Below, one piece after another: positions 46,847-58,761 of a DNA stretch of 64,000 nucleotides (positions within the stretch are counted from its first letter, which is position 1; every line of letters starts with the position of its first letter). The notes below the pieces were generated by a model. The model searched no databases. It was not told the DNA's origin and worked only from the letters and a program-made list of their open reading frames with translations. Origin of the DNA: an uncultured Armatimonadetes bacterium. GTDB lineage: Bacteria; Armatimonadota; UBA5829; DTJY01. The DNA lies in contig OY970325.1 in the NCBI GenBank assembly GCA_963717145.1, positions 3,872,001 through 3,936,000 on the forward strand, given 5' to 3'. Position numbers and translations under genes: made by a program.

Positions 46847-48022
46847 ATGACATCAAGACTTGCCGTGACAGCGATCCTGCTGATTGCCCTCGCTGCCGGG
46901 ACCGCAAACGCCGCCGCGCCGGAGTTCCGAGCCATCCAGATCCACCATTGGATTGACGGAGGGCTCAGCCCGGAACAGATCGACGAGACGATCAAGTGGG
47001 CCAAGCAGGCCAACATCAACGTTCTCCAGTTCCAGGTCAGACGCGTTGGTGACGCCTACTATGACTCGGCCCATGAGCCTCGCGCGTCCAACATCAGGGG
47101 CGATGCCGACTTCGATCCCCTCGGATATGTGATCAAGAAGGGCCACGCGAACGGCATGCAGGTCCATGCCTGGATCAACACCTATCGCACGTGGACCGGC
47201 AAGAACGCCCCGGCCAATCCGAAGCACGTCGTCAACCAGCATCCCGAGTGGCTGAGCAAGAGCCTCGACGGTGCGTCCTCCAATGGCGAGGGCACCTACC
47301 TCGATCCGGGAGCGCCGGGCGTCCGCGAGCATCTGGTCAAGCTCGTCACCGATATACTGTCCAAGTACGATGTCGATGGCGTCATGCTCGACTACGTTCG
47401 GTACCCCGGACGCCAATGGGGTTACAGTGATGCTGCTGTAAGCGCTTTCAACGCCAAGAACGGCTCCACAGGCAAGCCGGCTGAGACTGATGAGAAGTGG
47501 TGTCAGTGGCGGCGAGACCAGGTGACGGCGACCGTTAGAGCAATCAACAAAGAGATCAACCGCCTCAAGCCGTGGGTGACGCTCTCCGCTGCGACGATTC
47601 CCTGGGGCGCCTGCCCGGAGGATTTCAAGAAGACCGACGCGTATGGTTACGTCTTCCAGGACTGGCGGGCCTGGATGGAGGAGGGGATCATCGACATCAA
47701 CCTGCCGATGAACTACAAGGATCCGGCGAACGAGAAGCACGTTCCGATGTACACCGGCTGGCTCGACGGGATGAAGAGGTGGTCCTACGAGCGGATGGCC
47801 GCTTCGACTATCTCGGTGGCCAAGGGGAACACAGACGGAGCTGTCAAGCAGGTGCTGGAGACCCGCAAGAAAGGCCTCGGGATCGTCGGATTTGCATTCA
47901 GCCAGGGTCCCACGAAAGCCGATCTCGCCGCAAAGCTCCGGGCATCCGTCTTCACTGAGCCCGTTCCCGTGCCGAAGCTCTCTTGGAAGCCCGAACGCAA
48001 GGCGACTGAGCCGGCGAAGTAG
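46847..48022 (+). CDS. Secreted glycosyl hydrolase-like 10 (GHL10/DUF187) protein
   Basis: EFRAI, FQVR..GDAYY, FDPL, VHAW, YDVDGVMLDYVRYP, QDW..W. Confidence 0.88.
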   Translation: MTSRLAVTAILLIALAAGTANAAAPEFRAIQIHHWIDGGLSPEQIDETIKWAKQANINVLQFQVRRVGDAYYDSAHEPRASNIRGDADFDPLGYVIKKGHANGMQVHAWINTYRTWTGKNAPANPKHVVNQHPEWLSKSLDGASSNGEGTYLDPGAPGVREHLVKLVTDILSKYDVDGVMLDYVRYPGRQWGYSDAAVSAFNAKNGSTGKPAETDEKWCQWRRDQVTATVRAINKEINRLKPWVTLSAATIPWGACPEDFKKTDAYGYVFQDWRAWMEEGIIDINLPMNYKDPANEKHVPMYTGWLDGMKRWSYERMAASTISVAKGNTDGAVKQVLETRKKGLGIVGFAFSQGPTKADLAAKLRASVFTEPVPVPKLSWKPERKATEPAK

Positions 48023-48079
48023 GGGCGGTGCTTCAATGCCCGCCCGGAGGAACGGGAGGCCGTTGAAGGCCTCCCCTAC
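48019..48079. repeat. GTAG-type REP pair starting at the GHL10 stop codon
   Basis: GTAGGGGCGGTGCTTCAATGCCCGCCC ... GGGAGGCCGTTGAAGGCCTCCCCTAC; the right arm matches 8159-8183. Confidence 0.85.
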
Positions 48080-48083
48080 AGCT

Positions 48084-48806
48084 ATGAGCGCTTCTCCAGG
48101 AGAGATACTGTCTTGCGGAGCCGCCGAACTGGGTATCACCCTGGATGACAACCAGTTGCAGCGGTTCGAATCGTTTACCAGGTTGCTGACCGAGTGGAAC
48201 AGCAGGGTGAATCTCACCCGCATCATTGATCCCTGTGAGATCGCGGTCAAGCACTACCTGGATTCGCTCAGTCTGCTGTCGGTAATCGAGATGCCGGTCG
48301 GGTCCCGCGTCATGGATGTGGGATCCGGCGCGGGGTTGCCGGGGATTCCGTTGAAGATCGCTCGCCCGGACCTGAAGGTGACGATGCTCGATTCGGTCCG
48401 TAAGCGGCTGGTGTTCATAGAGGCTGCTCTGCGGGAACTTGGGATAGAGGACGCCGAGTTGGTCCACGCGCGAGCCGAAGATGCCGCCCGTGATCCGGCA
48501 TACCGTGAGAGCTTCGACTTCACGGTATCACGCGCGGTTTCCCGATTGGCGGTCCTGTCCGAGCTGTGCATTCCCTTCTGCAGAGTCGGCGGATGGTTTG
48601 TCGCGTACAAAGGTCCGGACCCGTCCGAAGAGATCTCCGCGGCCGAGAACGCGATCGGCAAGCTCGGAGGAACGATGGCCCGTGCGGCATCCCTGTCGAT
48701 CCCGCGCGGCGATGCACGACGAACACTGGTCTTGATCCGAAAGGAGCGCCGGACGGGTGCCGCCTATCCGCGAAAAGCCGGCGTACCGGAACGGGAGCCC
48801 CTCTAG
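48084..48806 (+). CDS. rsmG: 16S rRNA m7G527 methyltransferase RsmG (GidB)
   Basis: WNSRVNLT, KHYLDSL, DVGSGAGLPGIPL, RAED, SRAV, YPRKAG.P. Confidence 0.95.
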   Translation: MSASPGEILSCGAAELGITLDDNQLQRFESFTRLLTEWNSRVNLTRIIDPCEIAVKHYLDSLSLLSVIEMPVGSRVMDVGSGAGLPGIPLKIARPDLKVTMLDSVRKRLVFIEAALRELGIEDAELVHARAEDAARDPAYRESFDFTVSRAVSRLAVLSELCIPFCRVGGWFVAYKGPDPSEEISAAENAIGKLGGTMARAASLSIPRGDARRTLVLIRKERRTGAAYPRKAGVPEREPL

Positions 48807-48839
48807 GAGCGGATTTCAGTCCGCGAAAGGAGATACAAG

Positions 48840-49358
48840 ATGGCCCAAGTTCGCAAGCTGATAGGCCTGCTGCTGGTCATGGCAGCTATCATCGGTGTAC
48901 CTGTGGCGTACCACGTCTTCAGTTCGGCGACCGATCGCATTCTAGCGTTTTCGTCGCTGCCTTCACCGCCGCTCGATGTATACCCTTTCCTCGCTGCTTT
49001 CTTCATGGTGATCGGGCTCTTCTGGGTCTTCTGGGCATACTCCTACCTGCACTTCGTGGGGCTCGGCTCTCCCGTTGAAGTATTCCGAGTCGCGCTGCAT
49101 CCAACGGAGCTGCTGGTGACGACGGGCCCTTATGCCTACACGAGGAATCCCATGTTTCTGGGGCTGCTATTCGTGCTGCTCGCGGTCGCTCTGTATGGCA
49201 AGTCTATTACCGGATTGGCGCTGCTGCCGATCATCGCCATCGCCGGCCTGGAGTATCTGCGCGTGTACGAAGAGCCTGTCTTGAAGGAGCGATTCGGTCA
49301 GGAGTACAGCAGTTACCGGAAGTCCGTTCCCGCTCTGTTTCCGAGGAACAGACGGTGA
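48840..49358 (+). CDS. Isoprenylcysteine carboxyl / phospholipid methyltransferase family membrane protein
   Basis: LVTTGPYAYTRNPM, EEPVL..RFGQEY..Y...VP. Confidence 0.85.
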   Translation: MAQVRKLIGLLLVMAAIIGVPVAYHVFSSATDRILAFSSLPSPPLDVYPFLAAFFMVIGLFWVFWAYSYLHFVGLGSPVEVFRVALHPTELLVTTGPYAYTRNPMFLGLLFVLLAVALYGKSITGLALLPIIAIAGLEYLRVYEEPVLKERFGQEYSSYRKSVPALFPRNRR

Positions 49359-49363
49359 GAGTA

Positions 49364-49419
49364 TTGCATTCCGGGGCGCGCTGTGTTATTGTATGGCAAA
49401 ATCGTGAATAACTGCACAA
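49364..49419 (+). promoter_or_regulatory. rex promoter with downstream Rex-operator-like site
   Basis: TTGCAT-N17-TATTGT (49364-49392); TCGTGAA-TAAC-TGCACAA (49402-49419), two mismatches to TTGTGAA-N4-TTCACAA. Confidence 0.7.
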
Positions 49420-49446
49420 TACTGCCACACAAGGGAGAGTGAGACT

Positions 49447-50073
49447 ATGGGGGCTCGGCAGACCAAGGTACCGATTCCGACGCTGGAGCGACTGGCAACT
49501 TACCTTCGCTACCTCAATGACCTCGAAGCAACCGGAGTGGATACGATCTCATCCGCTGAGATGGAGGAAGCCACCGGCATTCATGCTGCCCAGTTTCGGA
49601 AGGATCTGTCGTATTTCGGGGAGTTCGGGAGACCGGGGATTGGATACAATGTCTACGACCTGCAAGCTCGTCTGGCGAAGATCCTGAAAGTGGAGAAAGA
49701 GCAGCCTGTGATCATGGTCGGCGCGGGCAACCTCGGATCGGCGCTGGTCGGGTTCCCCGCTCTGCGTCGCCACAACTTTCATATCGTCGCTGTGTTCGAC
49801 AACAATCGCAGCAAGATCGGCAAGCGGCTCTGGGACCTCGAAATACTGGATATCCGGAAGCTCGCAGAGGCAAACGCAAGTTTGGGAGCAAGCATTGCCA
49901 TAATAGCCGTTCCCGCCATTGCTGCTCAGACAGTCACGGACCAACTGGTGGATGCCGGTGTCAAGGTCATCCTGAATTTCGCGCCAACGACTATCCGCGT
50001 TCCTGAGCACGTCGTTGTACGTAACGTTTGCTTCATCCAGGAACTCGCCGTCCTTTCGTACCACCTCACATGA
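49447..50073 (+). CDS. rex: Redox-sensing transcriptional repressor Rex
   Basis: TLERLATYLR, QFRKDLSYFGEFG..GIGY, VGAGNLG, ILNFAP. Confidence 0.97.
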   Translation: MGARQTKVPIPTLERLATYLRYLNDLEATGVDTISSAEMEEATGIHAAQFRKDLSYFGEFGRPGIGYNVYDLQARLAKILKVEKEQPVIMVGAGNLGSALVGFPALRRHNFHIVAVFDNNRSKIGKRLWDLEILDIRKLAEANASLGASIAIIAVPAIAAQTVTDQLVDAGVKVILNFAPTTIRVPEHVVVRNVCFIQELAVLSYHLT

Positions 50074-50110
50074 GCCTTCGCGGCCACTGAAGCCCTCCCT
50101 GGACTCAATG

Positions 50111-50143
50111 AAAAACGGCCTGCCCTGTATAGGGCAGGCCGTT
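50111..50143. terminator. Intrinsic terminator between convergent genes
   Basis: AACGGCCTGCCCT-GTAT-AGGGCAGGCCGTT with an A-run on the left (U tail on the minus strand). Confidence 0.8.
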
Positions 50144-50174
50144 CAATTCGCGTCCTTGCAGTCGGTATGGAAGT

Positions 50175-50843
50175 CTAAGTTGAGGCTGCCGGCACGATCA
50201 GCGCCAGGTTATCCCTCAGGCTATTTACCCAGTAGCCATGCCACGGTTCGAGCATCACAGAGTCGCCCCAGTCGTCATCGAGGCCCATGCTCATCAGGCT
50301 CTGGGAACTGCTGTCGTACCAGAAGGTGAAGGTTCTGAGCCAGCTGTTGTCCCGAGCATAGGACAGAGGAACGGTAGCTGTGCCGTCGGTGATCTCGACC
50401 GTATTCCAGTTCACCGGATAGGAGAATGGGCAGCCGATGATACTCCAGCCGGTCTTGGGCAGGCTGATCCACATGTCCGTGTCATCGTTGTCGGTTATGC
50501 CCTCGAAAGAGATCACATTGGTGTCGCTGCCGGTCAACTGCAGCCAGTATCCGTCCGTCAGAAGCATGTTACCGAAGGCGTCCGGAGTGTACTGGTCATA
50601 CAATAGGATCGACTGCGTGGCTGCATCATAGCGGTAGAGTCCCCCTGCAAGAGCATTGGGACACCCAGGGAATACCAACTGAGGATCAGGCGAAGTTGGT
50701 ATCGCCGGAAGCGAGATCAGGTTCCAGCCCATGTTGATCGGTCCGGGGTCCCCAGAACTCACTGTTTCGATCGCTGCGCCGGCGGGCACACAAAGCATCA
50801 CGATAACCAGCAGACTCAGCACCATCATTGCAGATCTTCTCAT
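50175..50843 (-). CDS. Secreted hypothetical protein with two GW..I..P / GYW half-repeats
   Basis: Signal peptide, GAGG RBS; GWNLISLP..GYWL and GWSIIGCP..GYWV. Confidence 0.75.
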   Translation of the reverse strand: MRRSAMMVLSLLVIVMLCVPAGAAIETVSSGDPGPINMGWNLISLPAIPTSPDPQLVFPGCPNALAGGLYRYDAATQSILLYDQYTPDAFGNMLLTDGYWLQLTGSDTNVISFEGITDNDDTDMWISLPKTGWSIIGCPFSYPVNWNTVEITDGTATVPLSYARDNSWLRTFTFWYDSSSQSLMSMGLDDDWGDSVMLEPWHGYWVNSLRDNLALIVPAAST

Positions 50844-51310
50844 TTTGGCCTCACCTCGTTTAAGAATGTCTGGCAGAAGACAAAAACCGTGTGACAGGTC
50901 GTACGCGAATCACCTGCTGAACCGGAAAAAGTATACCCAATTGCCGAGAACCTGTCAATGACGCAAGAACATTACACGCGCTACGGCGGAACAGGCAGCA
51001 CCGCCAGTAAGCTCTATACTCTAGAGAGTGTAACGCTTTTTCCGCCGCGAGTCAACTGGTAAAAATACCAGAATCAGGTTATAACGGTTGAAATGCGCCG
51101 GATTCCGGTATACTTACTTGCGGCAGGATGCGCCCAAGTGTTAGACAACTCCTGGTGGACTATAGTTCCACGCGCAACCATAACGTGCTACGCTTCAGTC
51201 TGTTTATACCCAATCCGGCAACGTTCAAACCGGTGGATTGATGAGTTTGTGGGCAAGCGAGTATGCGCACGTGTATTGCGCAGTGTACACTTGGCTGTGA
51301 AGCGGGAGAA

Positions 51311-51385
51311 TGGTGGGCCCACTCGGATTCGAACCAAGAACCAACCGGTTATGAGCCGGTCGCTCTGCCATTGAGCTATGGGCCC
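51311..51385 (-). tRNA. tRNA with CAT anticodon, most likely tRNA-Ile2
   Basis: GGGCCCATAGCTCAATGGCAGAGCGACCGGCTCATAACCGGTTGGTTCTTGGTTCGAATCCGAGTGGGCCCACCA folds as a cloverleaf with encoded CCA; paired 1-72 and no GGG/CCC anticodon stem argue against fMet. Confidence 0.93.
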
Positions 51386-51418
51386 GCTGCTGCCGGAGCA
51401 AAGCCATCGAGCACCGAT

Positions 51419-51447
51419 AGGATACCCGAATTCGGCCTTTCAGTCAA
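51419..51447 (-). promoter_or_regulatory. tRNA promoter
   Basis: TTGACT-N17-TATCCT on the minus strand. Confidence 0.7.
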
Positions 51448-51594
51448 GCTCATCCGGGCATCCGATAGATGAGGCAGAGCAACGCGAAACTTTTTGATGT
51501 GCCAATCCGTCTAGTAACTGAGCCGAATCGCAAGCAGACCACCGCATGCCGATTGTTAACGAGGGCAAACCCGGCTCCAGCAGAGGGGAATGAG

Positions 51595-52380
51595 ATGGGC
51601 AAGCGTTTTATCTTTGTGACCTTGGTTGCGTTGTCAGTGCTTCTGCCGCGTTGCCTGTGGGCCGCGGCCAATGATTGGAGGACGAGTATCACGGCCGACA
51701 ATGGTTTTGGCGGGGGCAGTGGGGTCAGTGCGCAGATGGGAGTGACTCCCACCTCTGTGGATGGGCCTCGCTCTGTGGACAGCCCTCGTGAGGAACGTAC
51801 TGCAAGAGAGGATATGCAAGCGTACTACTTCCTCGATGTTCCTCAGCAAGGTCGGTATGTCGCGGCTATCATACCTGGCGATGCATGGACATGGACGAAG
51901 GATATCATGTCCCCGGCGAGCCCCGCATCGTATCCGAATTCGATCAAGAGCTGGGAACTTCGGCTAGGAGCCATGCCACATGCGACCAGCGATCCCATGA
52001 GGATAGGTTTCTATGCCCTCAGTGCGGGGATGCTGCCCCCTTCGATGGTCGGCGGGCTCGCGGTGGCATACAGGCTGATCATGGTCGACAACAAGGGCAT
52101 GCCCGGTGCTCCCCAGAACGGAAAGGTATGGGACCTGCCTACACCAACGACCCATTCCTCGAGTCCCTACTGGACCCTCCCGCAAGCTGACTGGCTTCCC
52201 ATCTTGAAACTGAGCGCGGGGAGTCACCAGGCAATGATCTCCGAAGGCTACCAGATGCGGTTCGAGCAGTACCAGTTCAACGTGCCCGCTCAAGAGGTCG
52301 TTCCCGAGCCGGCCGGTCTGTCGGTGCTGGGGATCGGCGTTGTCGGCCTGGTGGGCTTGGCGATGCGCAGGCGGAGATAA
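51595..52380 (+). CDS. PEP-CTERM sorting-domain protein
   Basis: MGKRFIFVTLVAL signal peptide; VPEPAGLSVLGIGVVGLVGLAMRRRR. Confidence 0.92.
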   Translation: MGKRFIFVTLVALSVLLPRCLWAAANDWRTSITADNGFGGGSGVSAQMGVTPTSVDGPRSVDSPREERTAREDMQAYYFLDVPQQGRYVAAIIPGDAWTWTKDIMSPASPASYPNSIKSWELRLGAMPHATSDPMRIGFYALSAGMLPPSMVGGLAVAYRLIMVDNKGMPGAPQNGKVWDLPTPTTHSSSPYWTLPQADWLPILKLSAGSHQAMISEGYQMRFEQYQFNVPAQEVVPEPAGLSVLGIGVVGLVGLAMRRRR

Positions 52381-52384
52381 GCAA

Positions 52385-52408
52385 GAAGGGCGGCTTTCGC
52401 CGCCCTTC
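52385..52408. terminator. Hairpin between the PEP-CTERM gene and rpoD
   Basis: GAAGGGCGGC-TTTC-GCCGCCCTTC. Confidence 0.7.
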
Positions 52409-52411
52409 ATA

Positions 52412-53534
<1,123 letters not shown>

Positions 53535-53545
<11 letters not shown>

Positions 53546-55370
53546 TAGCGTTCATCCCCTCATGGGCACTCTCATCCGAGACTTTTCCCGATTCCTTCAG
53601 AAACGCCCTGAATCGCTTCATAGATTCGTCACCCGGACCCTCTACGGGATCGATGACTCCATTCTTGATGCGCGGCTCGAGAAAATCATGTGTTCGCAAG
53701 CTCTTCAGGCGCGCTTTCTTTACGGCCGACGCACACCCGCGCAGCCACTCCTCCGTCAGCGGAGGCCCCTCGCCGGATACCGCAAGCTCGGCGATGATCT
53801 TGCCGGCAGCGGGACCGACCGTTTCCAGGAGGCTTGGCACGTTGACCGAACCCTCTTTGGCGATCATCTCGAGCACTGCGGCACATGCTTCGCGCCCTGC
53901 CTCGGTGGCAAAATCATCAGCGGATACGGTCTCGACCAGGACTCCGGTCCATTCGCTGCCCTGAATCAGGGCCAGGAGCACGCTCTTCTCAGCGCTCCCG
54001 AGCCTGACATGTTCCTGCGATGGACCTGCGGGGGCTGCGTCTCTGTGAGCGCCTGGCCGACCGGATGCGGCGCTCCGTTGAAGAAGCCGATCGATCTCCT
54101 GCCGTATGTCGTTCTCCGCGATCCGTCCGGTCTCCCAGTTCGGGTGGTTCCGGCCGACCGCGAGGCTCTTTATGTATCTTTCCCGTTCCAGAGTCGAAGG
54201 AATCTCCGCCAGGATGTGGACGGCGTCATTCAGCAGGGCACTCCGTCCGGCGGCCGTCGATAAGTCGTGTTCCTCGGCCAGCAGATGCAGCCGGTAGTCT
54301 ATGATCGGCAGCGCATCCGACGTGGCCGATGCAAACGCGGCCGTCTCTCCCCTGCGAAGAAGGCTGTCCGGGTCGTCACCTTTCGGCAGCCGAGCTATGC
54401 GCACGTCGAATTCGGCATCCATGAACATCGCCGCTCCTCGAAGAGCGGCCTTCATCCCGGCGGAATCCGCGTCGTAGGCCAGCACTATCTTCTTGGTATA
54501 GCGCGAGAGAACTCTTGTGTGCTCCAGTGTCAGCGCCGTGCCGAGCGTCGCCACGCAGTTGCCGAATCCCGCCTGGTGGGCGGCGATGACGTCCGTGTAG
54601 CCCTCGACGACCAGAGCAGACTCGTCGGACGCGATCTTCTTTCTGGCAACGTTGAGGCCGTAGAGCGCCTTGGTCTTGCTGAAGAGCGGCGTCTCCGGCG
54701 AGTTCAGATACTTCGGCTGGTCATCGGGGTCGATCGCTCGGCCGCCGAAGCCGATGACTCGTTCCTGAATGTCAAGGATCGGGAAGACTATTCTGTGTCT
54801 GAACCGGTCGTAGTAGCCGCGATCGCCTTTGATCAGCAGGCCGGCCTGAGCCGCATCGTCCGGGCTCACCTTCTTCTCGGCAAGGAAACGGGTCAGCCCG
54901 TCCCATGCGGGGGCCGCGTAGCCCAATCGGAATTCATCGATTGTCTGATCGGCCAGTCCGCGTCCGCTGAGATACGCTGTCGCAATCTGCGTGCGCTTCA
55001 GCAGGGCGGCGTAATAAACCGCAGCGAGACTATTGATTCTACTCAGAAGCTCCCTGCGGCTTGTTTGGCGATCGCTAGAGCGTGTCAGCTCTACTCCGGT
55101 TTTCTTTGCGAGCCGTTCCAGAACTTCGGCGAAGGTCAGGTTCTCGATCTTCATCAGGAACGAGAACACATCACCGTGTTCTCCGCACCCGAAGCAGTGC
55201 CAGGACTGGAACTCCTCGCTTACGTTAAAGGATGAAGTTTTCTCGGCATGAAACGGACAGAGGCCCTTGTAGCTCTTGCCGGCGCGTTTGAGCGTTACGT
55301 ACTCGGATATGATATCGAGTATGTTGATCCGGCTTCGGATCTCTTCGACTGAATCCCGCGAGTCGACCAC
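53535..55370 (-). CDS. dnaG: DNA primase
   Basis: [48 protein letters not shown]. Confidence 0.98.
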
Positions 55371-55383
55371 ACGGAGTCACCCG

Positions 55384-56016
55384 TTAATCCATGAATGCGA
55401 TAGTGATACCCACTACCTGATTGCCGACCAGTGTGAACGCGACTCGGTCCGAGTTGGCGTATCTCAGCACCATGTTTATCCCCGATATCGAGTGCGATTC
55501 CGGGAACCCGTAGGCCAGAATGACCTCTTTGTAGGTGTCGCCGAGAGTTATCCCTTTGGCGGTCTTCATCCCGGACCACTCTACTCCAAACGCAGCGATC
55601 TGCAGCACCAGGCCCTTGCTATCCAGTATGAACTCGAGCGTCTTGTTCTTGGCGAAATTGTAGACCCAGATGACCTCTCTGCCACCGGCCTGGGTCTGCT
55701 GGGGCATTCCCATATTCGGCCCGAATCCCGGGGGCGGCTGCATGCCCATCCCCGGCGGGGGAGTCTCTATGGGCGTCCCCATTCCTGGCGGGGGCGTCTC
55801 CATGCCGAACGGCGAACCGTTCATCGGGCCCATAGCCGGACCGCCGCCACCGCCGGGTCTCACTTCGGAGGGGTCGCCATACTTCTGGATAATGCTGAAC
55901 GCAGATCTGGCCAGCTTGATGCCGCCTAACTGGATCTCCGCCGCCGATGCAGCAGTTGTGACCACAAGGAACGCCGCGACGAAAATGATAATTGCGATGC
56001 TAGACTTCCGAGACAC
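55384..56016 (-). CDS. Secreted hypothetical protein with a Pro/Gly/Met-rich insert
   Basis: Signal peptide; two YG.P motifs; repeated PPPG; co-oriented upstream of dnaG. Confidence 0.65.
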   Translation of the reverse strand: MSRKSSIAIIIFVAAFLVVTTAASAAEIQLGGIKLARSAFSIIQKYGDPSEVRPGGGGGPAMGPMNGSPFGMETPPPGMGTPIETPPPGMGMQPPPGFGPNMGMPQQTQAGGREVIWVYNFAKNKTLEFILDSKGLVLQIAAFGVEWSGMKTAKGITLGDTYKEVILAYGFPESHSISGINMVLRYANSDRVAFTLVGNQVVGITIAFMD

Positions 56017-56228
56017 GAGTTACCCTCGCTTTCCGCTTCCATTCAAGTAGGAAGCTTCAACGGTATGCGCAGAATCTCCTTCTTTGCACGGTGAAATATT
56101 TGCCTCGATCAGCCAGTCGTGCAACAGCGTCGCCCCACGCTGGAGCTTTGCGCGCGATTGACCAATCATACTAATATGACGAGCTTCGTCGCGCTATAGT
56201 TCCGACGGTGAGGGAACGAGGCAAAAGG

Positions 56229-56258
56229 TTGACCGTGAGTTGTCCGCCATGCTATAAT
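56229..56258 (+). promoter_or_regulatory. Sigma70-type promoter of the kinase gene
   Basis: TTGACC-N18-TATAAT with extended TG. Confidence 0.7.
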
Positions 56259-56323
56259 ATGCGAGCACGACAAAGGCCTGATGGATTGCCCCCCACTCGG
56301 ACTGAAAGGTAGTTTTAGCAGTT

Positions 56324-58045
56324 ATGGTTGAGCACGAGGCCCTGGCACTGCTCCAGAAGGAAATCGAGGAGAAGACTCGGTATATCACAGCTCTGGAGAA
56401 GGCCAATAAAGAGCTTGAACAGAGGATCCGCAGCTCCTCCGAAGCGGGCGAGCCCGCACCGATTACTGAACTCGATGAGACCCTGAAGCGGTTCGTTGCT
56501 AAGACGGCCGCGATCTTGCAGGCCGAGAAATGCGTCTTCATGCTCCTCGACAAGGACAAGGGCGAACTGGTCGCCACGAGGCCCGCGTACGGCCTGAGTG
56601 ACGACGACGTGAGGAAGTTCAGGATCCGCGCAACCGATGGCGTTTCGGGAGAGGTCTTCCGAGAGGGCAAGCCGGTCATTCTCTACGATGCCGTCGCCGA
56701 TGAGCGCACCATGAAGGAAAACGTGACGCTCCTGGACGTGCGCAACGGCGTCTGCGTCCCCCTGGTCGTCGAGAAACGCGACGATGAGAACCGCGTGATC
56801 GAGACGAACACCATCGGCGTTCTCCACGTCTTCAACAAACGCTATGGTAATATCTTCATCGAGGAAGACGTCCGTCTCCTCGAACGCCTCGCTCGAAATG
56901 CTACCGCCGTCATCCAGAACGCTCAGATGTTCCGTGAGGTCGTCGAGGAGAAAGAAGAACTCGAGCACATCATCGAGAGCGTCTATGCCGGTCTGCTAAT
57001 GGTGAACCGAGAGGGCCGGATAATGCAGGCGAACGCGTCGGCCCGCGAGATGCTCGGCATCCAGAGCAAGGATATCAGCAGGCTCTACTACGAGATCATC
57101 GAGGATGCAAAGGCCAAGGAGATCGTGTCCAGCGCCCTCGAGTCCGGCGAAGAGACCGCCGGTGAGGTCTCGCTTATCCGCCCTGATGAAGAAGAGGAGC
57201 ACATCTACCAGGTCCAGACTGCTCTGGTCAGGGGCGAGGACGCATCCGTCATGGGTGCAGTCGCAATCTTTAACGATATTACCGAGCTTCGCAACATCGA
57301 GCGCATGAAAACCGCGTTCGTCTCCACGGTTTCGCACGAACTCAGGACTCCCCTGACCTCGATCAAGGGGTTCGTCTCCACACTGCTGGCTGATGCCGAC
57401 GGTTACTACGACCTGGAGACCCAGCGTGAGTTCTACACGATCATCGACATGGAATGCGACCGTCTGACCAGGCTGATCAGCGACCTCCTGAACGTGTCGA
57501 GGATCGAGGCCGGACGCGCGCTCGATCTCAACCCGAAGTCCGTGGACCTGTACACCCTGTCCGAAAAGGTCATCAGCGTCCAGAGGTCCTACACCAACAA
57601 GCATGAACTGATACTGAGCCTGTCGGAGGGCATCCCATCCATTATTGCCGACGAGGACAAGGTCGATCAGATCCTGACCAACCTGATCAGCAACGCCATC
57701 AAATACTCTCCCAAGGGCGGCGATGTCACGATCACCGGCGGCTTCTCCGACGGCTTGGTGACCATGAGCGTATCCGACCAGGGCATGGGCATCCCCAAGG
57801 AGCACATGGGCAAGGTGTTCGAGAGGTTCCATCGAGTCGATAACAGGGATACCAGGCAGGTCGGCGGAACAGGCATCGGGCTCTACCTGGTCAAGCACCT
57901 GGTGGAGGCACATGGCGGCAAGATCTGGATCGAAAGCGAAGTTGGCAAGGGCTCGAGCTTCATCTTCACTCTTCCACTGAAGCCTCCCTGCGTGGTGGAA
58001 GAGGAGAAGGAGGCCCAAGAGGCCGCGGCCGCCGGCGCTCCCTAG
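56324..58045 (+). CDS. Cytoplasmic GAF-PAS sensor histidine kinase
   Basis: GAF and PAS domains; [37 protein letters not shown]. Confidence 0.95.
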   Translation: MVEHEALALLQKEIEEKTRYITALEKANKELEQRIRSSSEAGEPAPITELDETLKRFVAKTAAILQAEKCVFMLLDKDKGELVATRPAYGLSDDDVRKFRIRATDGVSGEVFREGKPVILYDAVADERTMKENVTLLDVRNGVCVPLVVEKRDDENRVIETNTIGVLHVFNKRYGNIFIEEDVRLLERLARNATAVIQNAQMFREVVEEKEELEHIIESVYAGLLMVNREGRIMQANASAREMLGIQSKDISRLYYEIIEDAKAKEIVSSALESGEETAGEVSLIRPDEEEEHIYQVQTALVRGEDASVMGAVAIFNDITELRNIERMKTAFVSTVSHELRTPLTSIKGFVSTLLADADGYYDLETQREFYTIIDMECDRLTRLISDLLNVSRIEAGRALDLNPKSVDLYTLSEKVISVQRSYTNKHELILSLSEGIPSIIADEDKVDQILTNLISNAIKYSPKGGDVTITGGFSDGLVTMSVSDQGMGIPKEHMGKVFERFHRVDNRDTRQVGGTGIGLYLVKHLVEAHGGKIWIESEVGKGSSFIFTLPLKPPCVVEEEKEAQEAAAAGAP

Positions 58046-58075
58046 CGCACCACATAGCTATTCCAATCAGAAACC

Positions 58076-58190
58076 ACCGTCAGTCCTGAGTGCGCCGGTG
58101 AATGACGGCGTGTATCGAAGGACGGCATTGCTGCACCGAGCCGTCCTTCGATACACGCCGTCATTCACCGGCGCACTCAGGACTGACGGT
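58076..58190. repeat. Perfect 51-bp-arm inverted repeat with 13-nt loop
   Basis: 58076-58126 is the exact reverse complement of 58140-58190. Confidence 0.97.
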
Positions 58191-58232
58191 ATGGGCTTGC
58201 TTAGGAGCGAAGGACGTAACGGCCACTACCCG

Positions 58233-58691
58233 ATGATGACTCGTGAAACCGTCAGAATCCTCGTTCAGAGAGTGCCGGGGGCCGAAGACCTCCCACTGCC
58301 CGACTACGCGACCTCCGGCTCGGCCGGAATGGATCTCCTCGCCGCAGTAGACTCGGATGTCGTTCTCCAACCCGGCGAGCGCGGGCTCGTCTCCACCGGA
58401 ATACGCGCCGCGATCCCCGAAGGCTTCGAAGGCCAGGTGCGACCGAGGAGCGGACTCGCGCTTCGGAACGGCATCAGCATGGTCAATTCCCCCGGAACCA
58501 TCGACTCAGACTACCGAGGCATCATCCAGGTGATAATGATCGACCACGGCGACGAGCCGTTCATCGTACGCAGAGGTGATCGAATCGCCCAACTGATCTT
58601 CGCCCCGGTCGCCCGCGCGGTTCTCGTCGAGAGCGGCGAACTCCCCGATACCTCCAGGAACGACGGCGGCTTCGGCCACACCGGAGTGTAA
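58233..58691 (+). CDS. dut: dUTP diphosphatase
   Basis: [38 protein letters not shown]. Confidence 0.97.
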   Translation: MMTRETVRILVQRVPGAEDLPLPDYATSGSAGMDLLAAVDSDVVLQPGERGLVSTGIRAAIPEGFEGQVRPRSGLALRNGISMVNSPGTIDSDYRGIIQVIMIDHGDEPFIVRRGDRIAQLIFAPVARAVLVESGELPDTSRNDGGFGHTGV

Positions 58692-58753
58692 GGAGTATGG
58701 GGGTGTGGGAGTATGGGCGATCCGGACACTCCCATACTCCCACACCCTCGCAC
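58692..58753. repeat. Inverted octamer array (TGGGAGTA type)
   Basis: GGAGTATGGGGGTGTGGGAGTATGGG ... CACTCCCATACTCCCACACCC. Confidence 0.85.
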
Positions 58754-58761
58754 TCCGCATG

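Noticed and set aside
50850-51330. Island integrated at the tRNA 3' end
   Set aside because: I noticed no duplicate of the tRNA end and no integrase.
51480-51594. c-di-GMP-I riboswitch upstream of the PEP-CTERM gene (GGGCAAACCC)
   Set aside because: I could not build the GNRA stem and second stem; an Rfam search would be needed.
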